This document shows, piece by piece, positions 23,577-31,244 of a stretch of DNA of 31,244 nucleotides (the stretch's first letter is position 1; each line of letters opens with the position of its first letter). The DNA comes from an uncultured Clostridia bacterium (GTDB taxonomy: Bacteria > Bacillota > Clostridia > Oscillospirales > Ruminococcaceae): positions 1 to 31,244 of the forward strand of contig CALXKG010000230.1 of assembly GCA_944388825.1 (NCBI GenBank). Direction: 5' to 3'. A program made the translations under genes and the position numbers. The notes beneath the pieces are model-generated. The model had not been told where the DNA came from, ran no database searches, and saw nothing but the letters and a program-made list of their open reading frames with translations.

Positions 23577-24326
23577 ATGCTGGACTTTATCTGGCTGTGT
23601 GAACGCGGCCTGAAACGGGAGATCAACCAGGACCGGGCAGGCGGGTTTGTAAAGGGGGACGCCGGGCTGTTTTATGTGGCGGACGGCCTGGGCGGCCACT
23701 ACGCCGGGGAACAGGCGAGCGGCCTTCTGGCCCGGGAAGCCGGGAACTGGTGGCGGGCCTGCCGGGACGGCCTCCCGCCGGTGGAAGAGGCGGCGGATGC
23801 GCTGCAGAAGCTGCTGCGGGATTGCGGCAGGATGATCCGGGAGGCGACGCCGCCCGGGGAGATCTGCGGGACGACGGCGGTGCTGCTGCTGGTGCGGGGG
23901 GATGTATACCTCCTGCTGTCGGTCGGGGACAGCCGCTGTTACTGGACGGGGCGCGGGTCCATGCGCCCCGGGACGGCGCTGCTGACGGCGGACGACGCCG
24001 CCCCGCCGGGCGGGCCGGAAGGCGGCAGGCTGCTCCGGGCGGTCGGGGATGGAAGCGGCAGCCCCGCTTTCATGCGCGGCGGGCGCATCCGGGGGACGGG
24101 GGTTTTTTCCCTGTGCACCGACGGGATCTATAAAACCTGCCCGGCCCGCGTCCTGTCCGGGCAGCTGCGCCGGGCGGCGCGCGGAAGGCTGCAGGCGTCC
24201 GCCGGACGGATCGAGCGGGAGGTCTGCGCCCGGGGGGCGCCGGATAATTATGCGCTGGTCCTGGTCCGGGTGAAACCGGACGGGAGAGGGCGGGGCGGCA
24301 AAAACGGAGGGGAGGAAGCGACATGA
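23577..24326 (+). CDS. PP2C/PPM family Ser/Thr phosphatase
   Basis: NQD, VADGLGGH, GTT, VGDSR, LCTDG, DN metal-binding motifs all present. Confidence 0.95.
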   Translation: MLDFIWLCERGLKREINQDRAGGFVKGDAGLFYVADGLGGHYAGEQASGLLAREAGNWWRACRDGLPPVEEAADALQKLLRDCGRMIREATPPGEICGTTAVLLLVRGDVYLLLSVGDSRCYWTGRGSMRPGTALLTADDAAPPGGPEGGRLLRAVGDGSGSPAFMRGGRIRGTGVFSLCTDGIYKTCPARVLSGQLRRAARGRLQASAGRIEREVCARGAPDNYALVLVRVKPDGRGRGGKNGGEEAT

Positions 24327-25513
24327 GCGAATTTGCGGTGGCATTCGGGGCGGTCCAGAGCGTTTCCGAGGGGTATGCCGGAAGGAAGGCCCAGCTGGCG
24401 GAGGCGGCGCTGGAGGCGCTGCGGATCAAGCAGGGCCTGACCTTTGAAGTCCGGCAGCGGGAACGGATCGACGCGCGGTTTAACAGCCTGTCCAGCCGCC
24501 TGATGGAGGACAGCCGGACGGCCGGACGGTTTGGGCAGACGCTGCGGGAGGCCGTTTCCCTCTATCAGGCGGCTGAAAAACAGCTGCTGGAGGGCGCGTC
24601 TTCCGTCCCGCTTCTGGAACAGATCCTTTCCCAGACGGGGGCGGAAGGCCCGATGGGGCAGAAGATACAGGATATCTGGAGCTTTATCCGGGATATGCTG
24701 GACCAGCCCGGGAAAACGTTTTCCGACTTTTTAAAGTCGCTGGAGAACATCCCGGTGGTCGGAAGCATCGCATCCTATTATAACAGGCTGGTCGAATTTT
24801 TCGGCGGCGATATGACGGGGCTGACCGGCGCGCTGGCGCTGGCCGGGTTTGGGCAAAGCAGCATCGCCCTCTGGACGGAAGGGTATGACCTTGCCAAAAA
24901 CTATTACCACGCGACCGACGGCATTTTTAACCTGAAAGGCCAGAGGGCGGCCGGGTATATCGGGCTGGCCGGTTCCGGCATGGGCCTTGTGGCGGCCGCC
25001 GTGCAGGCGGCGGATACCCGGGGCAAGAGCGCCGGGGAGGTGGTCTCCGGTTATTTGCAGATGGGGCAGGCCAGCGTCCCGTTTATCCGCGACGCCTATC
25101 AGCTGGAGCACCTCAAAGACGTAAAAAGCCTGGCAAACGGCGGCGGGCTGATCAGCCCGGCGGCCGCCTATTCGGCGGTTGCGGAATCCGCCTTTGCCAC
25201 CGTGGGACAGGCGGCGGAGAGCATCAGCGAATACAGCGCGGACGGGGAATGGGACCTGGGGGATACCGGCGCGACGCTGATCGACAGCTCCATAGACGGG
25301 CTGTATACGATGGCCAACAGCCTGACCGGCGGGGTGCTGGACGCCGTCGGCGACCAGATCAACTTCTGGATGGGCGGGGAACCGCTGGCCCCCGGGGAGA
25401 GCTACGGGGACCGGATCGCCGACGCGGTGAAGGACACCGCCGAGGAGATCGGGAAGGCCATCGGCAACGGCATCAACCAGGCGGTGGACTTTTTTACGGG
25501 GCTTTTCCGGTAA
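24323..25513 (+). CDS. Putative T7SS substrate/effector: WXG100-like N-terminus plus a Gly/Ala-rich hydrophobic C-terminal region
   Basis: Helical N-terminus with YQAAE; hydrophobic glycine-rich stretches (GYIGLAGSGMGLVAAA, GKAIGNG); no enzyme motif recognised; followed by DUF4176. Confidence 0.7.
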   Translation: MSEFAVAFGAVQSVSEGYAGRKAQLAEAALEALRIKQGLTFEVRQRERIDARFNSLSSRLMEDSRTAGRFGQTLREAVSLYQAAEKQLLEGASSVPLLEQILSQTGAEGPMGQKIQDIWSFIRDMLDQPGKTFSDFLKSLENIPVVGSIASYYNRLVEFFGGDMTGLTGALALAGFGQSSIALWTEGYDLAKNYYHATDGIFNLKGQRAAGYIGLAGSGMGLVAAAVQAADTRGKSAGEVVSGYLQMGQASVPFIRDAYQLEHLKDVKSLANGGGLISPAAAYSAVAESAFATVGQAAESISEYSADGEWDLGDTGATLIDSSIDGLYTMANSLTGGVLDAVGDQINFWMGGEPLAPGESYGDRIADAVKDTAEEIGKAIGNGINQAVDFFTGLFR

Positions 25514-25554
25514 CTGCCGGGATATGGCGTAAAATCTAAGCGGGAGGTTTACAG

Positions 25555-25842
25555 ATGAAAGAGCTTTTACCGATCGGCAGCGTGGTCCTGCTGAAAAACG
25601 CGACAAAAAAATTGATGGTGATCGGGATCCTGCCGGTCCGGCCGGAAGAGAAGGCCATTTTTGACTATCTGGCGGTCCCGTATCCGGAAGGGTACCTGGG
25701 GGAAGGGAGCAGTTTCCTGTTTAACCATGAAGATATCCTCGATGTGATCTTTACCGGGTATGCCAACCCGGATCATCAGGCGTTTTTACAGCTGATGGGC
25801 GTCATCTACGACCGGGTGCAGCAGAAGCTGGCGGAAGGGTAA
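25555..25842 (+). CDS. DUF4176 family protein (T7SS effector-associated)
   Basis: LLPIGSVVLLK...LMVIG...FDY.AVPYPEG...FNHEDI signature. Confidence 0.93.
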   Translation: MKELLPIGSVVLLKNATKKLMVIGILPVRPEEKAIFDYLAVPYPEGYLGEGSSFLFNHEDILDVIFTGYANPDHQAFLQLMGVIYDRVQQKLAEG

Positions 25843-25863
25843 CGGGGGAAAGGTGGGTTTCGG

Positions 25864-27978
25864 GTGGCTGCGCTGCCGTTGGGAGAAGACTATATCCATA
25901 TCGAGCCCCTGACCAAGGGCGGTATGGGGTGGCTGTATAAGGCCTACCGCCGCGGTTTGCAGGTGGAGGTCGTCATCAAGCGGGTCCGGGAACAGTATGT
26001 CGGGAAGATGGACCAGCGGGCGGAGGCGGATATCCTCAAACGGCTCAAGCACCGCTACCTTCCCCGCATCTATGACGTCATCAACGGCGGGGACGGGTAC
26101 CTGTATACGGTGATGGACTATATACCGGGCGTCAATATGCAGCAGTATGTCGAGCAGAATGGGCCGGCCGGACAGAAACTGGCGCATAAATGGGCCTGCC
26201 AGCTGTGCGAAGTGGCCGCCTACCTGCATGAGCAGAAGCCGCCGATCATCCACTGCGACATCAAGCCCGGCAACCTGATGATCACCCCTTCGGGGGATAT
26301 CTGCCTCGTCGATTTCAATACCTCCCTGGTCTTTTCCAGCGGGATACTGGCGGTCGGCGCGACTTCCGGATACGCCGCCCCCGAGCAGTATTCCCGCCCG
26401 GCAGTCCCGCCTCCCGGCGTCCCGGCAGGCCAGCCGACCGAGCTGCTCCCGGAGGACGGCGGCTTCGCCCCTTCCGGCCGCCCGTCCTTTTCGGCGGCTT
26501 TTTCCGCCCGCGCCGGCGGATACGGCGGGGTGACGGGCAGGACCGATGTGTACGGCATCGGCGCGACGCTATACTTCCTTGTGACCGGGCGCGTCCCGGA
26601 AAAGGCGCTGGGGCCGGTCACGCCGGTATCCGCCTGGTCGCCGGAGATCAGCGGGACCTTCTGCTCCATTATCCGGCGGGCGATGGAAAAGGCCCCGGAA
26701 GACCGCTTCCCGGATGCCGGCCGGATGCTGGAGGCGCTGCGGGATATCGACCGGCTGGACGCCCGCTACCGGCGGTACCGGATGTTCCGGTGGGGGAGCA
26801 ACCTGCTGGTCTGCCTGCTCTTTCTCTGCGGCGCGGCCATGGCCCTGTACGGCGGGGTACGGCTGCGGGCGGAACGGGATAACGCCTACCTCTCTCTGGT
26901 TACGCAGGGGGAGGCTTTGGCGCGTCAGGGGGAGACGGAGCGGGCGGAGGCGGCGCTGGCCGGGGCGATCCGGTCCGCGCCCGGCCGGGCGGAAGGGTAT
27001 CTTGCCCTGTCCGCCCAGCTGTATGCGCGCGGCGCGTACCCGGAAGCCGCCGCGCTCATACAGGACGCGGTGGAAGCGGGCAGCCTCCTGCTGGACAGCC
27101 TGCCGGATGACCAGGCGGGCGACCTGCTGTACATACAGGCCAACTGCGCCTATGAAATGGAGGATTACGCGGCGGCGGCCGGGCTGTACCGGCAGGCGCT
27201 GGACCGGCGCACCGACAACCCCGCCTATTACCGCGGGCTGGCGCTGGCGCAGGCGCGGTCGGGCGCGCTGGAAGAGGCGCACCGGACGCTGGATATTCTG
27301 GCGGAGCGGGAGGCGGATTCGGTCGACTGCGTGATCATCCGGGCGGAACTGGACCTGGTGCAGGGCGAATACCGGACGGCTTTTGACCAGTATGCGGAGG
27401 CGGCCGGCCGCACGGACGACCCGCAGGTTTTAAGCCGCGTCTATTTATCCGGGGCCGAGGCGCTCCGGGAGCTGGGGGACCTGGACGGATACATCGGCTG
27501 GCTTTCCCAGGGGGTCGGGCGCCTGGGGGAAAATGGCACGCTGCAGGCGGAACTGCTGGCCGCGGGTTACGCGGAGAAGGCGCTGGCCGACCCGGAAAAC
27601 GCCCCGGAATGGTACGGGCTGGCCAAAACGCATCTGCAGCGGGTCGTGGACTCCGGCAGGGGCAATATCCTGACCGGGTTAAACCTGGCGGTCGTGCAGC
27701 AGAACCTGGGGGAATACGAGGAGGCGGAGGGCCGCCTGCTGGCGCTGCGGGACCAGTACCCGTCGGACTACCGGGTCTATATGCGGCTGTCGTTTCTGTA
27801 CGCCGGCTGGCAGTCCCGGAAACCGGCGGAAGAGCGGGATTATGCCGGCGCGCTGGCGAATTATGACCTGGCGGCGCAGTATTATGAACAGGCGGTCGCC
27901 AGCGGGGAAACGGATGATGAAATGCTGCGGCTGGAAGCGCTGATGGAACAGCTGCGGCTGAGCGGCTGGCTGGAATAA
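25864..27978 (+). CDS. Hanks-type Ser/Thr kinase - TM - extracytoplasmic TPR repeats
   Basis: KGGMG, VVIK, AE (helix C Glu), HCDIKPGN, DFN, YAAPEQY, DVYGIG; TM at LLVCLLFLCGAAMALYGGV; TPR-like helices afterwards. Confidence 0.93.
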   Translation: MAALPLGEDYIHIEPLTKGGMGWLYKAYRRGLQVEVVIKRVREQYVGKMDQRAEADILKRLKHRYLPRIYDVINGGDGYLYTVMDYIPGVNMQQYVEQNGPAGQKLAHKWACQLCEVAAYLHEQKPPIIHCDIKPGNLMITPSGDICLVDFNTSLVFSSGILAVGATSGYAAPEQYSRPAVPPPGVPAGQPTELLPEDGGFAPSGRPSFSAAFSARAGGYGGVTGRTDVYGIGATLYFLVTGRVPEKALGPVTPVSAWSPEISGTFCSIIRRAMEKAPEDRFPDAGRMLEALRDIDRLDARYRRYRMFRWGSNLLVCLLFLCGAAMALYGGVRLRAERDNAYLSLVTQGEALARQGETERAEAALAGAIRSAPGRAEGYLALSAQLYARGAYPEAAALIQDAVEAGSLLLDSLPDDQAGDLLYIQANCAYEMEDYAAAAGLYRQALDRRTDNPAYYRGLALAQARSGALEEAHRTLDILAEREADSVDCVIIRAELDLVQGEYRTAFDQYAEAAGRTDDPQVLSRVYLSGAEALRELGDLDGYIGWLSQGVGRLGENGTLQAELLAAGYAEKALADPENAPEWYGLAKTHLQRVVDSGRGNILTGLNLAVVQQNLGEYEEAEGRLLALRDQYPSDYRVYMRLSFLYAGWQSRKPAEERDYAGALANYDLAAQYYEQAVASGETDDEMLRLEALMEQLRLSGWLE

Positions 27979-27990
27979 GGGGGTGCGGAA

Positions 27991-28134
27991 ATGGGCGTTT
28001 CTGCCGGAATGGTCTTTCTGATCGCCGGGATCGCCGGGATGATCCTGGCGGCGCTGCTGGCGGCGGCTGCCAACGGCTGGCTGAACCGGAAGGAAAGGCA
28101 GCTCCGCGAACGGATATGGCGGGAGTACCGCTGA
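27991..28134 (+). CDS. 47 aa single-TM membrane peptide (absent from the ORF track)
   Basis: MGVSAGMVFLIAGIAGMILAALLAAAANGWLNRKERQLRERIWREYR; RBS AAGGGGG 7 nt upstream; fills the gap between two operon genes. Confidence 0.75.
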   Translation: MGVSAGMVFLIAGIAGMILAALLAAAANGWLNRKERQLRERIWREYR

Positions 28135-28164
28135 TCGTCAAAACTTTGGCTGTGGGAGGATATT

Positions 28165-29247
28165 ATGGAGGTTCGTAAATTTTTGCAGGCCAGATGGGGC
28201 ATTCTGGCGGGGATCGTGGGAATTTTGGCCGTTTTGGCCGTTTATCTGGCGATCGCCGCGTCGGGCTCGCCCGGGATGCGGGCGCGGGAGGCGCTGGAAC
28301 TGGGCGAACGCTACCTGCTGGATGGGGAATATGAGCAGGCGATCGTCCAGTTTACCGCCGCGATCGAGATCACCGACCGGGAGCCGGAACTGGCGGACCT
28401 GGGGAATGAAGCGCGGGAGGGCCGGGATACCGCCGCCCGGAGCGGGGCCGTCAGCCTGCTGCAGACGCCCGGGAACGACCTGGAGGACGCGGTGGACTGG
28501 CTGGCGGAGAACGGCTGTCTGGACCTGCCGTCCGCCTATTACTTTACCGACGCGCTTTCCCTTTTGCAGCAGCTGGAAGAGCTGTGCGCCGAAGAGGCGT
28601 ATGACGCGGTCTTTACGCTGCTGGCCGATCCGGCGTATACGGAGATCGTATCCGGCATCATGGGGCTGGACTGCCGCATGGCCCTGCTCAACGCGGAAAC
28701 CGGGCAGATGACCGCCGTCTACCGGATGGAGGTGGAGACGGAAAACTTCGCGGACGGGGACGGCGCGGACGCGGCGGCTGAAGAGACGGAGGCGGAAGAC
28801 GGAAGCGCCGCCGCGGAGGACGCCGGGGAGCCGGAAAGCTATATGGTCTATTACGGGGCCCACGCCGGCGGCGTCCGGGAAGGGGAAGGGGTCTGGCTGG
28901 CCTATCAGGACGGCAACAACTACCTGGCCGACGGCAGCTGGACCGGCGACCGGCCGAACGGGCATTTTGAGACCCGCAGCTGGCAGGCCGACCTGAACGC
29001 CACAGTCACCTACCGGGTCATCTCCGGCGAGGTCGTGGACGGCCTGTGGGACGGCAGGGTCATCTGGCGGTTTGAACGGGGAGACACGGCGGACGAATAC
29101 ACGCCCTCCTTTGCGGCGGGCGTCTGGCAGATCCTGCGGGAGGAAGACGGGTTTGCCATCGCGGCCGAAAACGAGGACGGCGCGCGGCTGATCGCCGCCG
29201 AACCGGATAAAAAGAACGGGATCGCAGGCTATGCGGAAGCGGCCTGA
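28165..29247 (+). CDS. Membrane-anchored protein with an N-terminal TPR and a C-terminal MORN-like beta region
   Basis: TM at residues ~11-32; LELGERYLLDGEYEQAIVQFTAAIEI TPR; acidic linker; GVREGEGVW...GSWTGDRPNGHF repeats. Confidence 0.75.
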   Translation: MEVRKFLQARWGILAGIVGILAVLAVYLAIAASGSPGMRAREALELGERYLLDGEYEQAIVQFTAAIEITDREPELADLGNEAREGRDTAARSGAVSLLQTPGNDLEDAVDWLAENGCLDLPSAYYFTDALSLLQQLEELCAEEAYDAVFTLLADPAYTEIVSGIMGLDCRMALLNAETGQMTAVYRMEVETENFADGDGADAAAEETEAEDGSAAAEDAGEPESYMVYYGAHAGGVREGEGVWLAYQDGNNYLADGSWTGDRPNGHFETRSWQADLNATVTYRVISGEVVDGLWDGRVIWRFERGDTADEYTPSFAAGVWQILREEDGFAIAAENEDGARLIAAEPDKKNGIAGYAEAA

Positions 29248-29263
29248 CGCGGAAGCGCGCCGG

Positions 29264-30919
29264 ATGTCCGCCCCGTCCCGGATGGCCCAGGCGGTCTTCT
29301 GGCTGACCATTTTTGCCGGCGGGGGCTATTTCCCCTGGCAATGGGGGCTGGCGGCGCTGCTCTGCGCCGGGGCCTTCGTCTGGCAGGCGGCGGTCACGGG
29401 GACGCTGCGCCTGCCGGGCGGGAAGACGGAGCTTGCCTGCGGCGGGGTGATGCTCTGCGGCGGGGTGGTGAATCTGTTTACCGCGGTAGACCCGGGCGGA
29501 GGCCGGGAGGGGCTATTGCGGATGCTGGTTTTCCTGCTTCTGCTGCTGGCGCTCCTGCAGTGGGACAGAGAGCGGCGGGAAACGTTCCTGGACGGCCTGC
29601 CGGCTGCCGGCGCGGTCATGGTGCTGGTTTCCGGCGCAGGGTACTGGATACCGGCCGTCCGCCCGCTGCTGTTTTCCGGCGGGCGGATGGCGGGGCCGTT
29701 CCAGTACGCCAACACCTTCGCGCTTTTCCTGCTGCTGGGGCTGGCGCGCATCCAAAGGCAGCAGGGGCGGCGGCGCTGGCTGGCCGGCGGCGTCCTGCTG
29801 GCGGGGATCGCGGCCTCCGGCAGCAGGTGGACGATGATCCTGCTGGCGGGATGGCTGGCATGGATGGCGGCGCGCCGGAAATTGGACCGGCGGTGGGCGC
29901 TGCTGCTGACGGTTTGCGGGCTGGCGGTCCTGATCCCGGCGGCGGCCGGGGGCGGCTGGGTATTTTCCCGCTTTATCGGGGAGAACGCCTTCAGCACCTT
30001 CTGGGGGCGGCTGCTGTACTGGCGGGACGCGGCGTCCGTTCTGGCGGAGCGCCCGCTGGGGGCCGGCTATCTGGGCTGGTTTTATTTGCAGCGGGCGGTG
30101 CAGACCGGGGTGTACAATGTCCGGTTTGTCCATAACGAATGGATCCAGATGGCGCTGGACTACGGGATCCCGGCCGCGCTGGCCGCGGCCGGGCTGGTCG
30201 TATGCCGGCTGCGGCGGGGGTGCCTTTCGCCGGAAACGGCGGTCCTGATCTGCCTGCACAGCATGGCGGACCCGGATTTGCAGTTTTACGGGATGCTGCT
30301 TATTCTGGCGCTGGCGCTGTCGCCCGCCGGGGAATGCCGGGCGGCCCTGTCCGCCCCGTGCGGCAAACGCCTCGCCGCCGCGGCCGCCGCGGCCGTATCG
30401 GTTTTCGCCGGATGCCGGGGGACGGCCGACCTGGCGCTGCAAACCGGGTCTCCGGCGGCCGCCTGCCGGCTGGCGCCCTACGACACCGAGGCGGCGGTCG
30501 AGCGGATGCTGGCGCGCGGGAGCCTGGCGGAAGCGGCGGCGGACGCATATGTGATCCTTGCCCGCAACCCTTTCGTGTCGGCGGCGTGGCAGATCGCGGC
30601 GGAAAACGCGCTGGACTGCGGGGCGTACGGCCGTATGGCGGCGGCCCAGCGGGAAGCGGTCGCGGCGCAGAAATATGACCAGGCCGTATATGACGACGCG
30701 CTGTACCGGCTGACGGCGGCGATGGAAAACGGATGGCCGGCGGAATTGGCGGCGGCGGAAATGGCCTGGCTGCTGGAATATATGGACGGGGTGCTGGCGG
30801 ATACCAGCCCGCTGGGATGGAAGATCGCGGACCGGCCGGAACTTTCCTTCCCCCCAGAGACCCGGATGCGGATCCGGGTCTTGCAGCGGGCGGCGGAAGA
30901 TGTGAAGGAGGATGGATGA
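29264..30919 (+). CDS. O-antigen ligase (Wzy_C) family polytopic membrane protein with a helical C-terminal domain
   Basis: Many TM helices; R..GPFQYAN, ASGSRW, RLLYWRDA...PLGAG, VHNEWIQMALDYG signature. Start uncertain (29231, 29264 or 29282). Confidence 0.82.
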   Translation: MSAPSRMAQAVFWLTIFAGGGYFPWQWGLAALLCAGAFVWQAAVTGTLRLPGGKTELACGGVMLCGGVVNLFTAVDPGGGREGLLRMLVFLLLLLALLQWDRERRETFLDGLPAAGAVMVLVSGAGYWIPAVRPLLFSGGRMAGPFQYANTFALFLLLGLARIQRQQGRRRWLAGGVLLAGIAASGSRWTMILLAGWLAWMAARRKLDRRWALLLTVCGLAVLIPAAAGGGWVFSRFIGENAFSTFWGRLLYWRDAASVLAERPLGAGYLGWFYLQRAVQTGVYNVRFVHNEWIQMALDYGIPAALAAAGLVVCRLRRGCLSPETAVLICLHSMADPDLQFYGMLLILALALSPAGECRAALSAPCGKRLAAAAAAAVSVFAGCRGTADLALQTGSPAAACRLAPYDTEAAVERMLARGSLAEAAADAYVILARNPFVSAAWQIAAENALDCGAYGRMAAAQREAVAAQKYDQAVYDDALYRLTAAMENGWPAELAAAEMAWLLEYMDGVLADTSPLGWKIADRPELSFPPETRMRIRVLQRAAEDVKEDG

Positions 30920-31244
30920 TGAAAGGGAAAAAACTGCTGTTAAACCTTTTGGCGGCGTTTGTGCCGGCGGCGGCGGCCCTCTGCTTTATCCTTGTGCGGA
31001 CGCTGGGGGCGGCGGCCGGGGCGGAGGCGCTGTACGCACAGGCGGCCGCGGCGGTGGAAGCGGGGGATTACGGACAGGCGGAAGAAGTATTTGCGCAGAT
31101 GGAGGCGGAATACCCCGCCTACCTCCCGCAGTATGAGCTGCAGGCGGAGCGGTACATCCGGGAAGGGGATATCCCGGCCGCCGTGTCGGCGCTGGAGGCG
31201 GGGGCGGAGACTGCCGGCAGCGGTTATCTCAAGCAGATGGCCGA
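30919..31244 (+). CDS. N-terminal fragment of a membrane-anchored TPR protein (runs off the window)
   Basis: MKGKKLLLNLLAAFVPAAAALCFILV...LYAQAAAAVEAGDYGQAEEVFAQM; open to the window end; GGAGG 7 nt upstream; overlaps the previous stop. Confidence 0.8.
   Translation, partial: MKGKKLLLNLLAAFVPAAAALCFILVRTLGAAAGAEALYAQAAAAVEAGDYGQAEEVFAQMEAEYPAYLPQYELQAERYIREGDIPAAVSALEAGAETAGSGYLKQMA

Noticed and set aside
30912-31136. 74 aa ORF MDDEREK from the ORF track
   Set aside because: The frame starting at 30916/30919 stays open to the window end and encodes a TM plus TPR protein, so it is preferred.

Overview
A 31 kb GC-rich chromosomal segment from a Bacillota (Clostridia-like) organism, judged from gene families, GGAGG ribosome-binding sites and sigmaA-type promoters. 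I found no rRNA, tRNA, CRISPR array, integrase or transposase. The left part (1-11.7 kb) carries a tandem pair of COG0523-like metal-chaperone GTPases, DUF1622/EamA/MarR genes, a PadR-DUF2812 operon, and convergent GH120 and GH3 glycosidases. It also holds three copies of a ~248 bp non-coding element with imperfect terminal inverted repeats. Each copy is co-oriented with the upstream gene and sits just before a terminator hairpin; one is flanked by a 34 bp duplication. From 11.9 kb to the right edge runs one co-directional, tightly coupled type VII secretion (WXG100/ESX) locus of non-canonical make-up. It encodes EssC, EsaB, six small WXG100-type proteins, one effector-like protein and DUF4176, but no recognisable EsaA, EssA or EssB within the window. 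It has instead Crp and LytTR regulators, a vWA-TM-FHA protein, a PP2C phosphatase, a non-RD Ser/Thr kinase-TM-TPR, TPR membrane proteins, an unannotated 47 aa membrane peptide and an O-antigen-ligase-family protein. The locus continues past the window edge. All family calls come from motif recognition by eye; no database searches were run.
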